From the NCBI GenBank assembly GCA_963716175.1, contig OY970296.1, positions 32,001 to 96,000 of the forward strand: a DNA stretch of 64,000 nucleotides, given 5' to 3'. Below the pieces are notes generated by a model. That model made no database searches. It was given only the letters and a program-made list of their open reading frames with translations, and was not told the origin of the DNA. The stretch is from an uncultured Armatimonadetes bacterium (GTDB lineage: Bacteria > Armatimonadota > Hebobacteria > Hebobacterales > Hebobacteraceae). A program made the translations under genes and the position numbers. Positions 1 through 9,700 of this stretch are shown one piece after another (the stretch's first letter is position 1; the number at the start of each line of letters is the position of its first letter).

Positions 1-307
1 GCAGCTTCCATCCCTTGTTCTCGGCCCTGCTGCCTAACACGGACGCCAGGTACGATTCCACCAATCGCGTGAAGGCGGGGTCAATGGGTGCCGTGTGAAG
101 CCCAGAGAAATCCCACGCCGCCCCCCCTTTGTGGACGACCGAGCGCGCCATCACCCGGCACGCTGCGTAGAAATCGTCGGCCGGCACCAGGTCGCCGGAG
201 GGGTTGAGACGCGAGCCCATATACACGCCGCTGGCATATAGCGTGTGCGACATGACGCGGGTCCCTGAGTGACCTCTTCCGATCACGGTGACCATCATGG
301 TGGCGCC

Positions 308-1738
308 CTACAGCTCCTTCGCCCCGCGCTGTCTGCGCAGTTCGGCGGCTGTGGCCTGCAGCTTCTCCGCCATCTGGGGTGATCCGATGTGGAGCGTGTC
401 GTAGGCTTGCTGCGAGGTGGTGAAGGGCTCTCCATGGCCATGCCAATTCAGATTGGTGAAGATCGGATTGCGTCTGCCCGTCTCCTTCTCCCGCCGCGCG
501 ATGTGCGCGTTCATGCGACTCAACAAAGTCTTCACGATCTCGGGCTCGTGCTTCGCTAGGTTGTGATCCTCGCCAAGATCGATGACGAGATTGTAGAGTT
601 CGATCTTCGGCATGAAGTGGAAATCCGGCTCCAGCGCCTGGATCAGCTTCCACTCCGGGGTGTGCCACCCGTGCTTGCGCATCCAGGTGGCCTCGGTGAG
701 GTAGAACTCCGGCTCCTGGCGGCGCGGCCTGCCCCTCATCAACGGCACCAGGCTGCGCCCATCGAAGCGGATCTTGGTCTTTATGCCCAGCAGCTCCAGA
801 ATAGTCGGCATGATATCCTTCATCTGGACGTAGTCCCGGAACCGCTGACCGGCAGGCACCTTGCCGGGGCAGACGAAGGCGAGCGGGACGCGGATGGTGC
901 ACTCGTAGAGCCCATGGTGATCGAACCAGCACTCATGATCGTAATGCGTTTCGCCGTGGTCCGAGTCAATCACAATAAGCGTCTTGTCCGCGATCTCGAG
1001 CGAGTCCAGGGCGGCGAGGAGGTTGGCGATGCACGAGTCCATGTAAGCGACTGCCCCGTCGTATTGGGCGACGATGTAACCTTTGTCGGTGCAACCCGGG
1101 GGAAACCAGCTTGCGAAGAAGTCACAGAAGGGCCTGAACGCCATCACCGGATCTAGCGAATGGTTCTCCGGATCCAACTCGTCGCCGCCGTAGAACATCC
1201 GGTCGAACGGCCGGGGCGGCAGATAAGGCGCATGTGGGTCCATGTGGCGGAGGAACAGGAAGAAGGGCTGGTCCTCTCCCGCCAGCCGCCCCAGTTCAGG
1301 GATGGCGACTTGGTTGAGGTTCTCAGCCTTGTGGCTCCGGCCTTCCTCCCATGATCCCCAGCCGCTGAAATCGAGGTACTCGTGGAAGCCGCGTGAGGCT
1401 TGGTTGCCGCTGAACCCGACGCAGGTGGTGTGGTAGCCGTTCTCGCCCAGCACTTCTGCGAGTGTGGTCAGGTGCTCGCCGAGCGGCCCCTGGTGTCGCA
1501 GCGCCACCACATCCGTTCCGAAACAGTCCATGCCCGTGAACATGGACCCATAGCCCGGAGTAGTGGGGATCGAAGGGCTGAACGCGTTCTCAAATACACA
1601 GCCGGCGCCTGCAAGCCTGTCAATGTGGGGCGTCGTCAGCCGATGGTACCCGTACAGGCTCATGTGATCGGCACGCAGGCTGTCGATGCCAAGAAGCAGC
1701 AGGTTCGGTCTCTTCCGCACAGAGATCCGTCTCCTCAT
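308..1738 (-). CDS. Sulfatase/alkaline-phosphatase superfamily hydrolase (Thr at nucleophile position)
   Basis: PNLLLLGIDSLRADH, TTPGYGSMFTG, DPHAPY, SDHGE and ELYNL motifs; start could be 1750 or 1738. Confidence 0.9.
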   Translation of the reverse strand: MRRRISVRKRPNLLLLGIDSLRADHMSLYGYHRLTTPHIDRLAGAGCVFENAFSPSIPTTPGYGSMFTGMDCFGTDVVALRHQGPLGEHLTTLAEVLGENGYHTTCVGFSGNQASRGFHEYLDFSGWGSWEEGRSHKAENLNQVAIPELGRLAGEDQPFFLFLRHMDPHAPYLPPRPFDRMFYGGDELDPENHSLDPVMAFRPFCDFFASWFPPGCTDKGYIVAQYDGAVAYMDSCIANLLAALDSLEIADKTLIVIDSDHGETHYDHECWFDHHGLYECTIRVPLAFVCPGKVPAGQRFRDYVQMKDIMPTILELLGIKTKIRFDGRSLVPLMRGRPRRQEPEFYLTEATWMRKHGWHTPEWKLIQALEPDFHFMPKIELYNLVIDLGEDHNLAKHEPEIVKTLLSRMNAHIARREKETGRRNPIFTNLNWHGHGEPFTTSQQAYDTLHIGSPQMAEKLQATAAELRRQRGAKEL

Positions 1739-1762
1739 GGTGGGCGCCAAATCTACCCCCGA

Positions 1763-2563
1763 TCAGCGCGCGCCGAGCGCCTTCAGGCACGCGTTGATGT
1801 AGCCGTAGCTCTCGGCCGCAATGGCCGCGACCTCGGCCAACTCCAGTTCGCCGGCACCGATCACCTCCAGGCAGACCGGCCCGTTATACCCGCCCTCCAC
1901 CATCACCTTGCAGTAGGCGAAGAGGTCAATATCCCCGCGCCCGCAGGCCTGATCTTGCGCCCTCCCCGGCCCTGGGCCCTTGCCGAGGCAATCGCGGATG
2001 TGAATGTGCTTGGTTCGGCTCAGCACCGATCGCAGCGCCTCCGCGGGGTCCTCGCCTGCCCGCCAGATGTGACTTGGATCCATGTCAATGCCGAAGGCTG
2101 GAGATGCGATCTTCTTCATCGCTGCCAGCGTGGTCGGCGTGTTGTCTATGCAGGCGCCGACGTGCGCCTTCACGCACAGCGTCACTCCCCACTGCTCCGC
2201 TTTCTCCGACATACGCGCGATCAGGTCAGTCTGGCGATCGAAGTCCGCCTGCGACCCGCTCTTGCCACCCGGCCCGATGTTCACCACAGGGATCCCAATC
2301 GCGGCCGCCGCCTCGAAGGCCTTCGTCAGTCGGTCCTCGTCCAGCGCCGCCTCCTCCATGGACAGGAACTCGAGTCCGTTGCCGGCGGCGATCTGCTTGA
2401 GCCCCGCGGCCTGCTCGCGCCACCGATCCAACTCCAGATGCTCACACATCCCCTTGATGGCCGACACCTCTACCCCGTCGTAGCCGGCCAGCTTGATGTA
2501 CTTGGCGGCCGTGGCGAAGTCACTGTTGCCAAAGAGGACGGAGTTGACGCCGAGCCTGAGCAT
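1763..2563 (-). CDS. Sugar phosphate isomerase/epimerase (xylose isomerase-like TIM barrel)
   Basis: GYDGVE, DMDPSH, HIHIRD, GYNGPVCLE motifs; ATG at 2563 after GGAAGGGAG. Confidence 0.88.
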   Translation of the reverse strand: MLRLGVNSVLFGNSDFATAAKYIKLAGYDGVEVSAIKGMCEHLELDRWREQAAGLKQIAAGNGLEFLSMEEAALDEDRLTKAFEAAAAIGIPVVNIGPGGKSGSQADFDRQTDLIARMSEKAEQWGVTLCVKAHVGACIDNTPTTLAAMKKIASPAFGIDMDPSHIWRAGEDPAEALRSVLSRTKHIHIRDCLGKGPGPGRAQDQACGRGDIDLFAYCKVMVEGGYNGPVCLEVIGAGELELAEVAAIAAESYGYINACLKALGAR

Positions 2564-2619
2564 CGCGCGCTCCCTTCCTACCTGCGGAGTCGCAGCCGTT
2601 CCCTGATACACGACCCTCA

Positions 2620-3609
2620 TTAGAGGTCAACAACGGCGTGCGTCTCCCAGGACTTGATCGCTGCCTCGATGATGCGCTGCGCCTTCAGCCCGTCTTCGCC
2701 GGAGCCGTCAATCCGGTCGTACGGGGTCTTGGCTTCGATCTGGTCAATCCAAGCCCCGATCCGGCTCCTGAAGGTCTCGCCGAACGCGCGCATACCCCCT
2801 AGGTACTTGTGGCTCTCAGATTCGATGCTATCGCGCGGGTAGAACTGCAGGTCCTCACAGGCGTCCTCAATCACGAATCGGCCTTTCGAGCCGATGACTT
2901 CGCAGTGCTCGAGGCCGTACGAGCCGCCGGCATCGTAGCTGCCCGTCAGAGTGCCCACCACGCCGTTTTCGAAGTGCAGCAGCGCCTGGCAGTTCGAATA
3001 GGTAATGCGACCGTCGCCCTTCTTCAGGAAGCACGCCACACTCTTCACGTCGCCGCAGAAGTATCGCATCACGTCGAAGGAGTGTGGATGGAGCGCTCGC
3101 ATATGGAACCACGGCGAGGTCTCGACGGGGTTGTTGATCCACATCCGCATGTTGATCATGTATAGCGTCCCTAGGCGGCCCCCCGTGACCCACTCCTTCG
3201 CGCGCACGGCGGCGGGAGTGAACCGGTGGTTGAGGTTGATGGCATAGGGGACTCTCTTGTCCCTGGCCAGGGCGACCATCTTCTCGCCCTCGTCAATGCG
3301 ATTAGAGATGGGCTTCTCGCCGAGCACGGGGACGCCCGCCTCGAGTAACTCGATGGTCGGGGTGAAGTGATCGCCGCCATTCTCTTCACCTCTCGTGCAC
3401 ATGCTGCACGCGTCGAGCTTGATCCCATCCGACAACAGCTCCCTGACGCTATAGAAGGCCTTTCCACCGAACTTCGCCGCCGCGGCGTCGGTCTTCTCGT
3501 GGACGATGTCGCAAACCGCTACGACCTCGGTCTTCGGATTACCTTGATAGACTCCGGCGTGAATGCTGCCGATGTTGCCAACTCCCACGATCCCGATCTT
3601 CAGGGGCAT
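2620..3609 (-). CDS. Gfo/Idh/MocA family oxidoreductase
   Basis: IGIVGVGNIG Rossmann motif, EKP, HPHSFD; ATG at 3609 with GAGGGAG RBS. Confidence 0.92.
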   Translation of the reverse strand: MPLKIGIVGVGNIGSIHAGVYQGNPKTEVVAVCDIVHEKTDAAAAKFGGKAFYSVRELLSDGIKLDACSMCTRGEENGGDHFTPTIELLEAGVPVLGEKPISNRIDEGEKMVALARDKRVPYAINLNHRFTPAAVRAKEWVTGGRLGTLYMINMRMWINNPVETSPWFHMRALHPHSFDVMRYFCGDVKSVACFLKKGDGRITYSNCQALLHFENGVVGTLTGSYDAGGSYGLEHCEVIGSKGRFVIEDACEDLQFYPRDSIESESHKYLGGMRAFGETFRSRIGAWIDQIEAKTPYDRIDGSGEDGLKAQRIIEAAIKSWETHAVVDL

Positions 3610-3636
3610 CTTTGCGCTCCCTCTTCCACGCCGCGG

Positions 3637-3700
3637 TGTCCAGAAACTCATCTGGCTCCAGCGCGGTACTGGAGCCGCGCTCGTCGTATTCTCTGCGATC
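3637..3700. mobile_element. Orphan IS481-like terminal sequence
   Basis: TGTCCAGAAACTCATCTGGC is identical to the reverse complement of the IS right end at 43121-43140. Confidence 0.75.
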
Positions 3701-3805
3701 ACTGACGCTCCTCTTCTGGAGAGGCCGAGAGGGTGAGCACGAGTTGTGTGTCCTCCGCTAGAATGGGACAGGAATGGGGGCAAGGCCTTGCGCATATGGA
3801 CGTCA

Positions 3806-4525
3806 TGTCCGACAACTCATCGGCGCCGCCCGGAAGGGATGCGGGCCGGTTCATCGACGGGATGATGGACTGCAGAAGGGCGCCATCCGGCTTCGGATGC
3901 AGGGGCTGAGGTGACGGTCAGAACATCTGACCGCGCGACTGAGGGCGCCGGTGGCGTTGCATGCCCCAGCGTTCCCGGGTGAGCAGCACACGCGGTACGG
4001 ACTACGCGGCCTTGCGGTAGTAGGAGTTCAGCAACCCTCCCAGCAACTGCTCGCACTCCACCACGAGATCCCCATCCGACATCTGGTCGGCGCAATCCCG
4101 CGGCACTCCTCCTGCCGCTCGGCGCTCCGGTATTCGGTTGGCGATCCCCTGATGCGGACGATGGCCATTGAAGAAGCCGACATAGGCCCTGAGGGCGCGC
4201 CGCAGGCTGCTCACGCCGAAGAGAATGAGCTGCTCCAGGCACTCCCCGGTGACACTGCCCACCCACCATTCCGCATGGGCGTTGGCATCAGGGGCGCGAA
4301 ACGGGGTCTTCACCACGTTCGTATGGGCCGTGGTGAGGACCGCATCGAAGTCCCAGGCCAACAGCTTGTCCCGATCATGCAGCACATAGCGGGGCGCGAT
4401 CCCCAGATCCTCGCACGCCATCAGCAGGTTGCGGGCCATCTGCCCCATCCACAGGCCGTTGGGAGAGAAGGTGGCTTCCGCCAGCAGGATCGGGCGCGTG
4501 CTCAGGTGCAGCACGAACCGTGACC
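3806..4525 (-). pseudogene. IS remnant: 3' part of an integrase-core (rve/DDE) transposase with its terminal repeat
   Basis: HDRD, RAPDANAHAE, FFNGHRPHQGI and GGLLNSYYRKAA* (stop 4002); 5' half absent; end-like TGTCCGACAACTCATC at 3806. Confidence 0.8.
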
Positions 4526-4569
4526 GAGCCTGACAAGGCCGACGGTTTTCAGGTTTCCTTTGCCTCGCC

Positions 4570-6618
4570 CTAGCTCTCGGACCCCACGGGAGGCATGCCT
4601 GGAACATCAGGTCCGGTTGCTGGCTTCTCGGCAGTCTCCTGACCAGGTTTCGCTTCAGTCCCGCTCTCTTTCAGACCCGAGGCTTTCGGCAGGAAGTGCT
4701 GGGTGAGTGTGCCCGCGAGGGCATTGAAGATCCCTCCCTCGCCCGGAGCAAATACCTGAGGAACGATCGGATTCTTGCTGTCGCTCAGCGCAAGGATGGC
4801 ATTGACTACCGCGGTCGGACCTTGCCCGAGGGCTTCCACCTGCGCTTTATAAGCTTCAGCGCGCGCCATGCCGACTGCTCGGACTTCCGCACCCTTCGCG
4901 GTTCCGGTTTCGCGAATGAATGTAGCTTCACCGTCCGCTTCGGCCCTACGCGCGTTTGCCCGGTTGATGTTGATATCGACGCCGACCTTGGACTTGGCCA
5001 ATTCCGCCTGCATATCAGCGGTTCCCCGTGCGTTCTCGGTCTGGATCCGCTCGTCCTGAGCCGATTTCTGCATCTGGAAAGTCTCGATTTCCTGCTTGGC
5101 AACAGCGCGGTTGGTTAGGACAGTTACCAGTTGAGCGGGGAAGATGACGTCTTGGATGAAGACCCCGGGGATTTCAACATCGTATCTGCCCAACTGCTCT
5201 TTGATATAGGAGAAAGCCATTTCTTGGACTTGCTGGCGTTCTTCGATGAATTGGATGGCTGGCATCCCCTGGAGCTTCTCCCTGAAGTAATTGCCAACGG
5301 CCGCTTGAAGAACCTCACTGACGAGGTTCATCATGGTCTTTACTTTGGAGATGACAAACGGCGCCTTGACGTCAGGCACATGAATCTGGACTTGGAGATC
5401 GATCTTGAAGACAAAACCTTCGTTGCTCTTGGCTTCGATTGACTGGAGTCTTTGGTCCAGATCATGAGCCATGGAACTGGCTTCGGCCCAATTGAGGGTC
5501 AGAATTGCCGTCGGGACGATCTCGGCCTGGTAACAATGGGGATTGATGGGGTACTTCCCGGTTCTCAACGGCTCTTCCCAGACGCCCCGGTGTCCGGGCT
5601 TGACGATGCTGCCATGCTTGAAGGTTTCGCCGGAGACATCGACCGTGGGCAAGCCAACATAGGCCTTGATAACCGCGACCTCACCTTGCTCGACGACGAG
5701 CATGGGGACGATCTCGACGCGGACAAGGAAGGGATTGAGGTTGTAAGCACCGTAGAGGAGAACATCGTGCTGAAGGCCGATCTTGCCTCCATGGTCAAGG
5801 AAGGCCTGGAGGTCTTGATAGTTGTTGTGCTGGTCGTTTTTGCTGGCTAAGACGGCTTCGACAAGCTTCTGACCAGTCGCGCCACCCCCTTCGAGTTCGG
5901 CAATGTCCGCGAATCCGCCCAGACGACCGGCAATATCGTTTTGGGTCAATGGCTGTCCTTCGAGCGTTGTCACGACGCCGATGACATCCCTCATGCGTTC
6001 GCCTTCTCCTCTTTGTGTGGGGGTGATGACGGTGACATTGAGGTTCTCCGGCGCCAGGCCGAATGCTTCGCAGGTCAGACCTCGATGCGCCACGCGCTGC
6101 AGTTCGGGGTCAACCGGGATTCCGTACACCTTTCGTTTGGTGATCACCAGGAAGGCGATGGGATGGATCGGCAATAGGGATCCGGGTGGAAGGACGGGCC
6201 GTTGCACCCCTTTCTCGCCCTCGCTGCCGATGAAGCTCCGGAGATCGGTGAAGTTGCCGAATGCGGGTTGGAACCGGGCCGATTTCGCTCCGATTGGCAA
6301 GGGCTTGCCAACCTGGGCGATCACCACCCCAATCTCGCCCGCAGGCACTTGAACCCAAGGACGTTTCTCGACGGCATAGATGATCCAAAAGGCCAAACGC
6401 CAGCCTGGCATCAGCAGATCCGCCTGATAGCCCGCCTCACCCTGAAGAGCGATGGGGTTATCTTCCGTCAGCTTCCGCAATCCAAACCGCTTGATAACTA
6501 AACCGACTTCGTTTGGACCGATGCGTCGGATGGAGGGGATCGCCAAGAGCAGAAGGACAATCACGCCCAGGACTGTCCAAAGAAGCGGGGCCGCGACCGG
6601 AGCCGTTTCCATTTCCAT
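4570..6618 (-). CDS. SPFH/band-7 (flotillin-like) membrane protein
   Basis: N-terminal TM helix, repeated VPAGEIGVV/GEKGVQ segments, SPFH core, A/E-rich coiled coil. Confidence 0.85.
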   Translation of the reverse strand: MEMETAPVAAPLLWTVLGVIVLLLLAIPSIRRIGPNEVGLVIKRFGLRKLTEDNPIALQGEAGYQADLLMPGWRLAFWIIYAVEKRPWVQVPAGEIGVVIAQVGKPLPIGAKSARFQPAFGNFTDLRSFIGSEGEKGVQRPVLPPGSLLPIHPIAFLVITKRKVYGIPVDPELQRVAHRGLTCEAFGLAPENLNVTVITPTQRGEGERMRDVIGVVTTLEGQPLTQNDIAGRLGGFADIAELEGGGATGQKLVEAVLASKNDQHNNYQDLQAFLDHGGKIGLQHDVLLYGAYNLNPFLVRVEIVPMLVVEQGEVAVIKAYVGLPTVDVSGETFKHGSIVKPGHRGVWEEPLRTGKYPINPHCYQAEIVPTAILTLNWAEASSMAHDLDQRLQSIEAKSNEGFVFKIDLQVQIHVPDVKAPFVISKVKTMMNLVSEVLQAAVGNYFREKLQGMPAIQFIEERQQVQEMAFSYIKEQLGRYDVEIPGVFIQDVIFPAQLVTVLTNRAVAKQEIETFQMQKSAQDERIQTENARGTADMQAELAKSKVGVDININRANARRAEADGEATFIRETGTAKGAEVRAVGMARAEAYKAQVEALGQGPTAVVNAILALSDSKNPIVPQVFAPGEGGIFNALAGTLTQHFLPKASGLKESGTEAKPGQETAEKPATGPDVPGMPPVGSES

Positions 6619-6685
6619 CTCCCTTTGGCCAGGATTTCCTAGCCCGACAGGCTTTCGGCTTCTTTGTACTCCGCAAAAACCGTCT

Positions 6686-6745
6686 TGTCCAGGAACTCAT
6701 CTGGCTCCCAGGATCCTCATGGAGCCTCTCTAGTGGTATTCTCTC
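6686..6745. mobile_element. Orphan IS481-like right-end fragment
   Basis: About 60 bp similar to the reverse complement of 43081-43140 (TGTCCAGGAACTCATCTGGCTCCCAGGAT...GTGGTATT). Confidence 0.8.
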
Positions 6746-6765
6746 GCGCTTCGCGCGAGACCTGG

Positions 6766-9700
6766 TCACGGCGTGATGGTGAACTCGGGCTGAAGGTCGA
6801 GTTCCTGGAAGACACCGGGTTCGTGCTCCACGCTTACCACGAGGGTGTAGAGGCCCGCCGGCAGTTCGCCGGGTATATCCCACCAGACTGCGTAGTAGGG
6901 GACGCCTGACGACCAAGCCGTATCCCTCGCCGCGTTGAGGTCGTGCTCTGTAAGTGAGGCCACTCCGGCGCGAGCCACAGGCCCGCGCAGATCAAAGCGC
7001 ACATCGAACGAACCGTCACCGGCCGCCAAGTTTGGGCCCAGGCGCGCCGCGTCGAAGACGACGTAAGCATAGCCGGGCTCCGATGCTGGCCCGCCGCTGC
7101 GTGAAGACCACCCGTTGTAGGTGGCGGTCCCCGGGTTGACCGCGGTCACGGCCGGACCTCCCAGCACTACAGGATTGCCGGTAGGCATCACAAAGGCCCG
7201 CCACATGTAAACCGCCATCTGGCCTCGGCTCACCGGATCGCCAGGCCGATAGGTCCTGGTATCAAAGCCTTGGACGATGCCGTGGGCCACGCAGCACTCG
7301 ATCTCGTTATAGGCCCAGTGGTCGGTGAGCACGTCCTTGAAGCTGGGTTCGGGCGGGCCGTCGGGAACCTTGGTGCCTCCCACCAGCGCGCGGGATATGT
7401 AAGCCGCCATCGCATCTCGGTTCACAATCATAGCGGGCCGGTACGTTCCGTCATTGAAGCCTTGCACCACTCCTGCCCGGGCCAGTCCTTCGATCTCGGC
7501 CCAGGCCCAGGAGTCGGCCTGGGTGACGTCCCTGAACCGCCCTTGGTACGGCGCGGTAGGCAGCTTCAGGGCGCGCAGGATGTAGACCGCCATTGCATCC
7601 CGCGCCACCAGGATAGCTGGACGGTAGGTTCCGTCGTCATAACCTCTAACCACGCCGGGCACCCGTCCTGCGAGTTCCTCTATATGGAAGCGTGCCCAGG
7701 AGGCATCATGGCCCAGGCCAGGCTGGATGTCAGAGAAGCGGCTGATCACAACGTCCTCAGAGACCAGACCTCCCTTCCACGGAACCTCCCCACGCGAGAG
7801 CTGCCACCCGCAACCCAGTCCGTCCGGTACACCTGGCGATGTCGTCGTTACTGGTAGATCATAACTCAGCGTCGTCAGCGGCGGGGCTACCGTTGAGAAG
7901 TCGAACGTGCATGTCGCCCCAGGCAGGACCTCTGCTTCCAGGGGGACGGAGGCGACGCCCCAGCGGTCCATACTGCCCCGGGCCTCAAGGTGGTATCCTT
8001 CCCCCGGCCGCCATGTGAAAGCATCAAGGTTCTGGTAGGTGATGGAGGTATTCGCAGCCTCCCCCCAGCTAAGGCTAAGGGGCAGAGACCTTGCTGTCAC
8101 CTCACTCGATCCGGGTGGCACGGACTGAACGGCGAGCGTGACCGCGCCACTGTCGCTGGCTGGGTTCGGTCCGTCGCAGGTGGCGGTGACTGTGAGCGTG
8201 ATGCTCTCCTCGCTGTCTGTGGTGTTGGCTGGAGCAGTATAGGTCGGATTCTGGAGGCTCGGGGAAAGCGAGAAGCTTCCTCCCGCGCCTCCATCAGACC
8301 AGGACCAGGACGCGATAGTATGCCCGGAGCGGGTGTCCGCAGCTGTGGCGGAGAGGGTGGCGGTCCCGCCAGAGGCAACAGCAGCAGGGACAGCAGACGC
8401 GCTGACCACCAGAGAGTGCGCCACCGGCTGCACGACCAAGAGGGTGGAGTTGCTGGCGCTGAGCGGCTCAGGTCCGTCGCAGGTGGCGGTGACTGTGAGC
8501 GTGATGCTCTCCTCGCTGTCCGCGGTGTTGGCTGGAGCAGTATAGGTCGGATTCTGGAGGCTCGGGGAAAGCGAGAAGCTTCCTCCCGCGCCTCCATCAG
8601 ACCAGGACCAGGACGCGATAGTATGCCCGGAGCGGGTGTCCGCAGCTGTGGCGGAGAGGGTGGCGGTCCCGCCAGAGGCAACAGCAGCAGGGACAGCAGA
8701 CGCGCTGACCACCAGAGAGTGCGCCACCGGCTGCACGACCAAGAGGGTGGAGTTGCTGGCGCTGAGCGGCTCAGGTCCGTCGCAGGTGGCGGTGACTGTG
8801 AGCGTGATGCTCTCCTCGCTGTCCGCGGTGTTGGCTGGAGCAGTATAGGTCGGATTCTGGAGGCTCGGGGAAAGCGAGAAGCTTCCTCCCGCGCCTCCAT
8901 CAGACCAGGACCAGGACGCGATAGTATGCCCGGAGCGGGTGTCCGCAGCTGTGGCGGAGAGGGTGGCGGTCCCGCCAGAGGCAACAGCAGCAGGGACAGC
9001 AGACGCACTGACCACCAGAGAGTGCGCCACCGGCTGCACGACCAAGAGGGTGGAGTTGCTGGCGCTGAGCGGCTCAGGTCCGTCGCAGGTTCCCGTGACC
9101 GTGAGACAGATCGTGATGTCAGAACCCGTTAGGTTCTCGGGTGCGCGATACTGCGGGTCCGAAACCGCGGCGGAGGGCGAGAAGCTTCCTCCCGCGCCTC
9201 CATCAGACCAGGACCAGGACGCGATAGTATGCCCGGAGCGGGTGTCCGCAGCTGTGGCGGAGAGGGTGGCGGTCCCGCCAGAGGCAACAGCAGCAGGGAC
9301 AGCAGACGCGCTGACCACCAGAGAGTGCGCCGCCGGCTGCACGACCAAGAGGGTGGAGTTGCTGGCGCTGAGCGGCTCAGGTCCGTCGCAGGTGGCGGTG
9401 ACTGTGAGCGTGATGCTCTCCTCGCTGTCTGTGGTGTTGGCTGGAGCGCTATAGGTCGGATTCTGGAGGCTCGGGGAGGGCGAGAAGCTCCCTCCCGCGC
9501 CTCCATCAGACCAGGACCAGGACGCGATAGTATGCCCGGAGCGGGTGTCCGCAGCTGTGGCGGAGAGGGTGGCGGTCCCGCCAGAGGCAACAGCAGCAGG
9601 GACAGCAGACGCACTGACCACCAGAGAGTGCGCCACCGGCTGCACGACCAAGAGGGTGGAGTTGCTGGCGCTGAGCGGCTCAGGTCCGTCGCAGGTGGCG

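Noticed and set aside
3637-6745. Composite transposon carrying the SPFH gene
   Set aside because: The flanking end motifs all point the same way and no target duplication is seen
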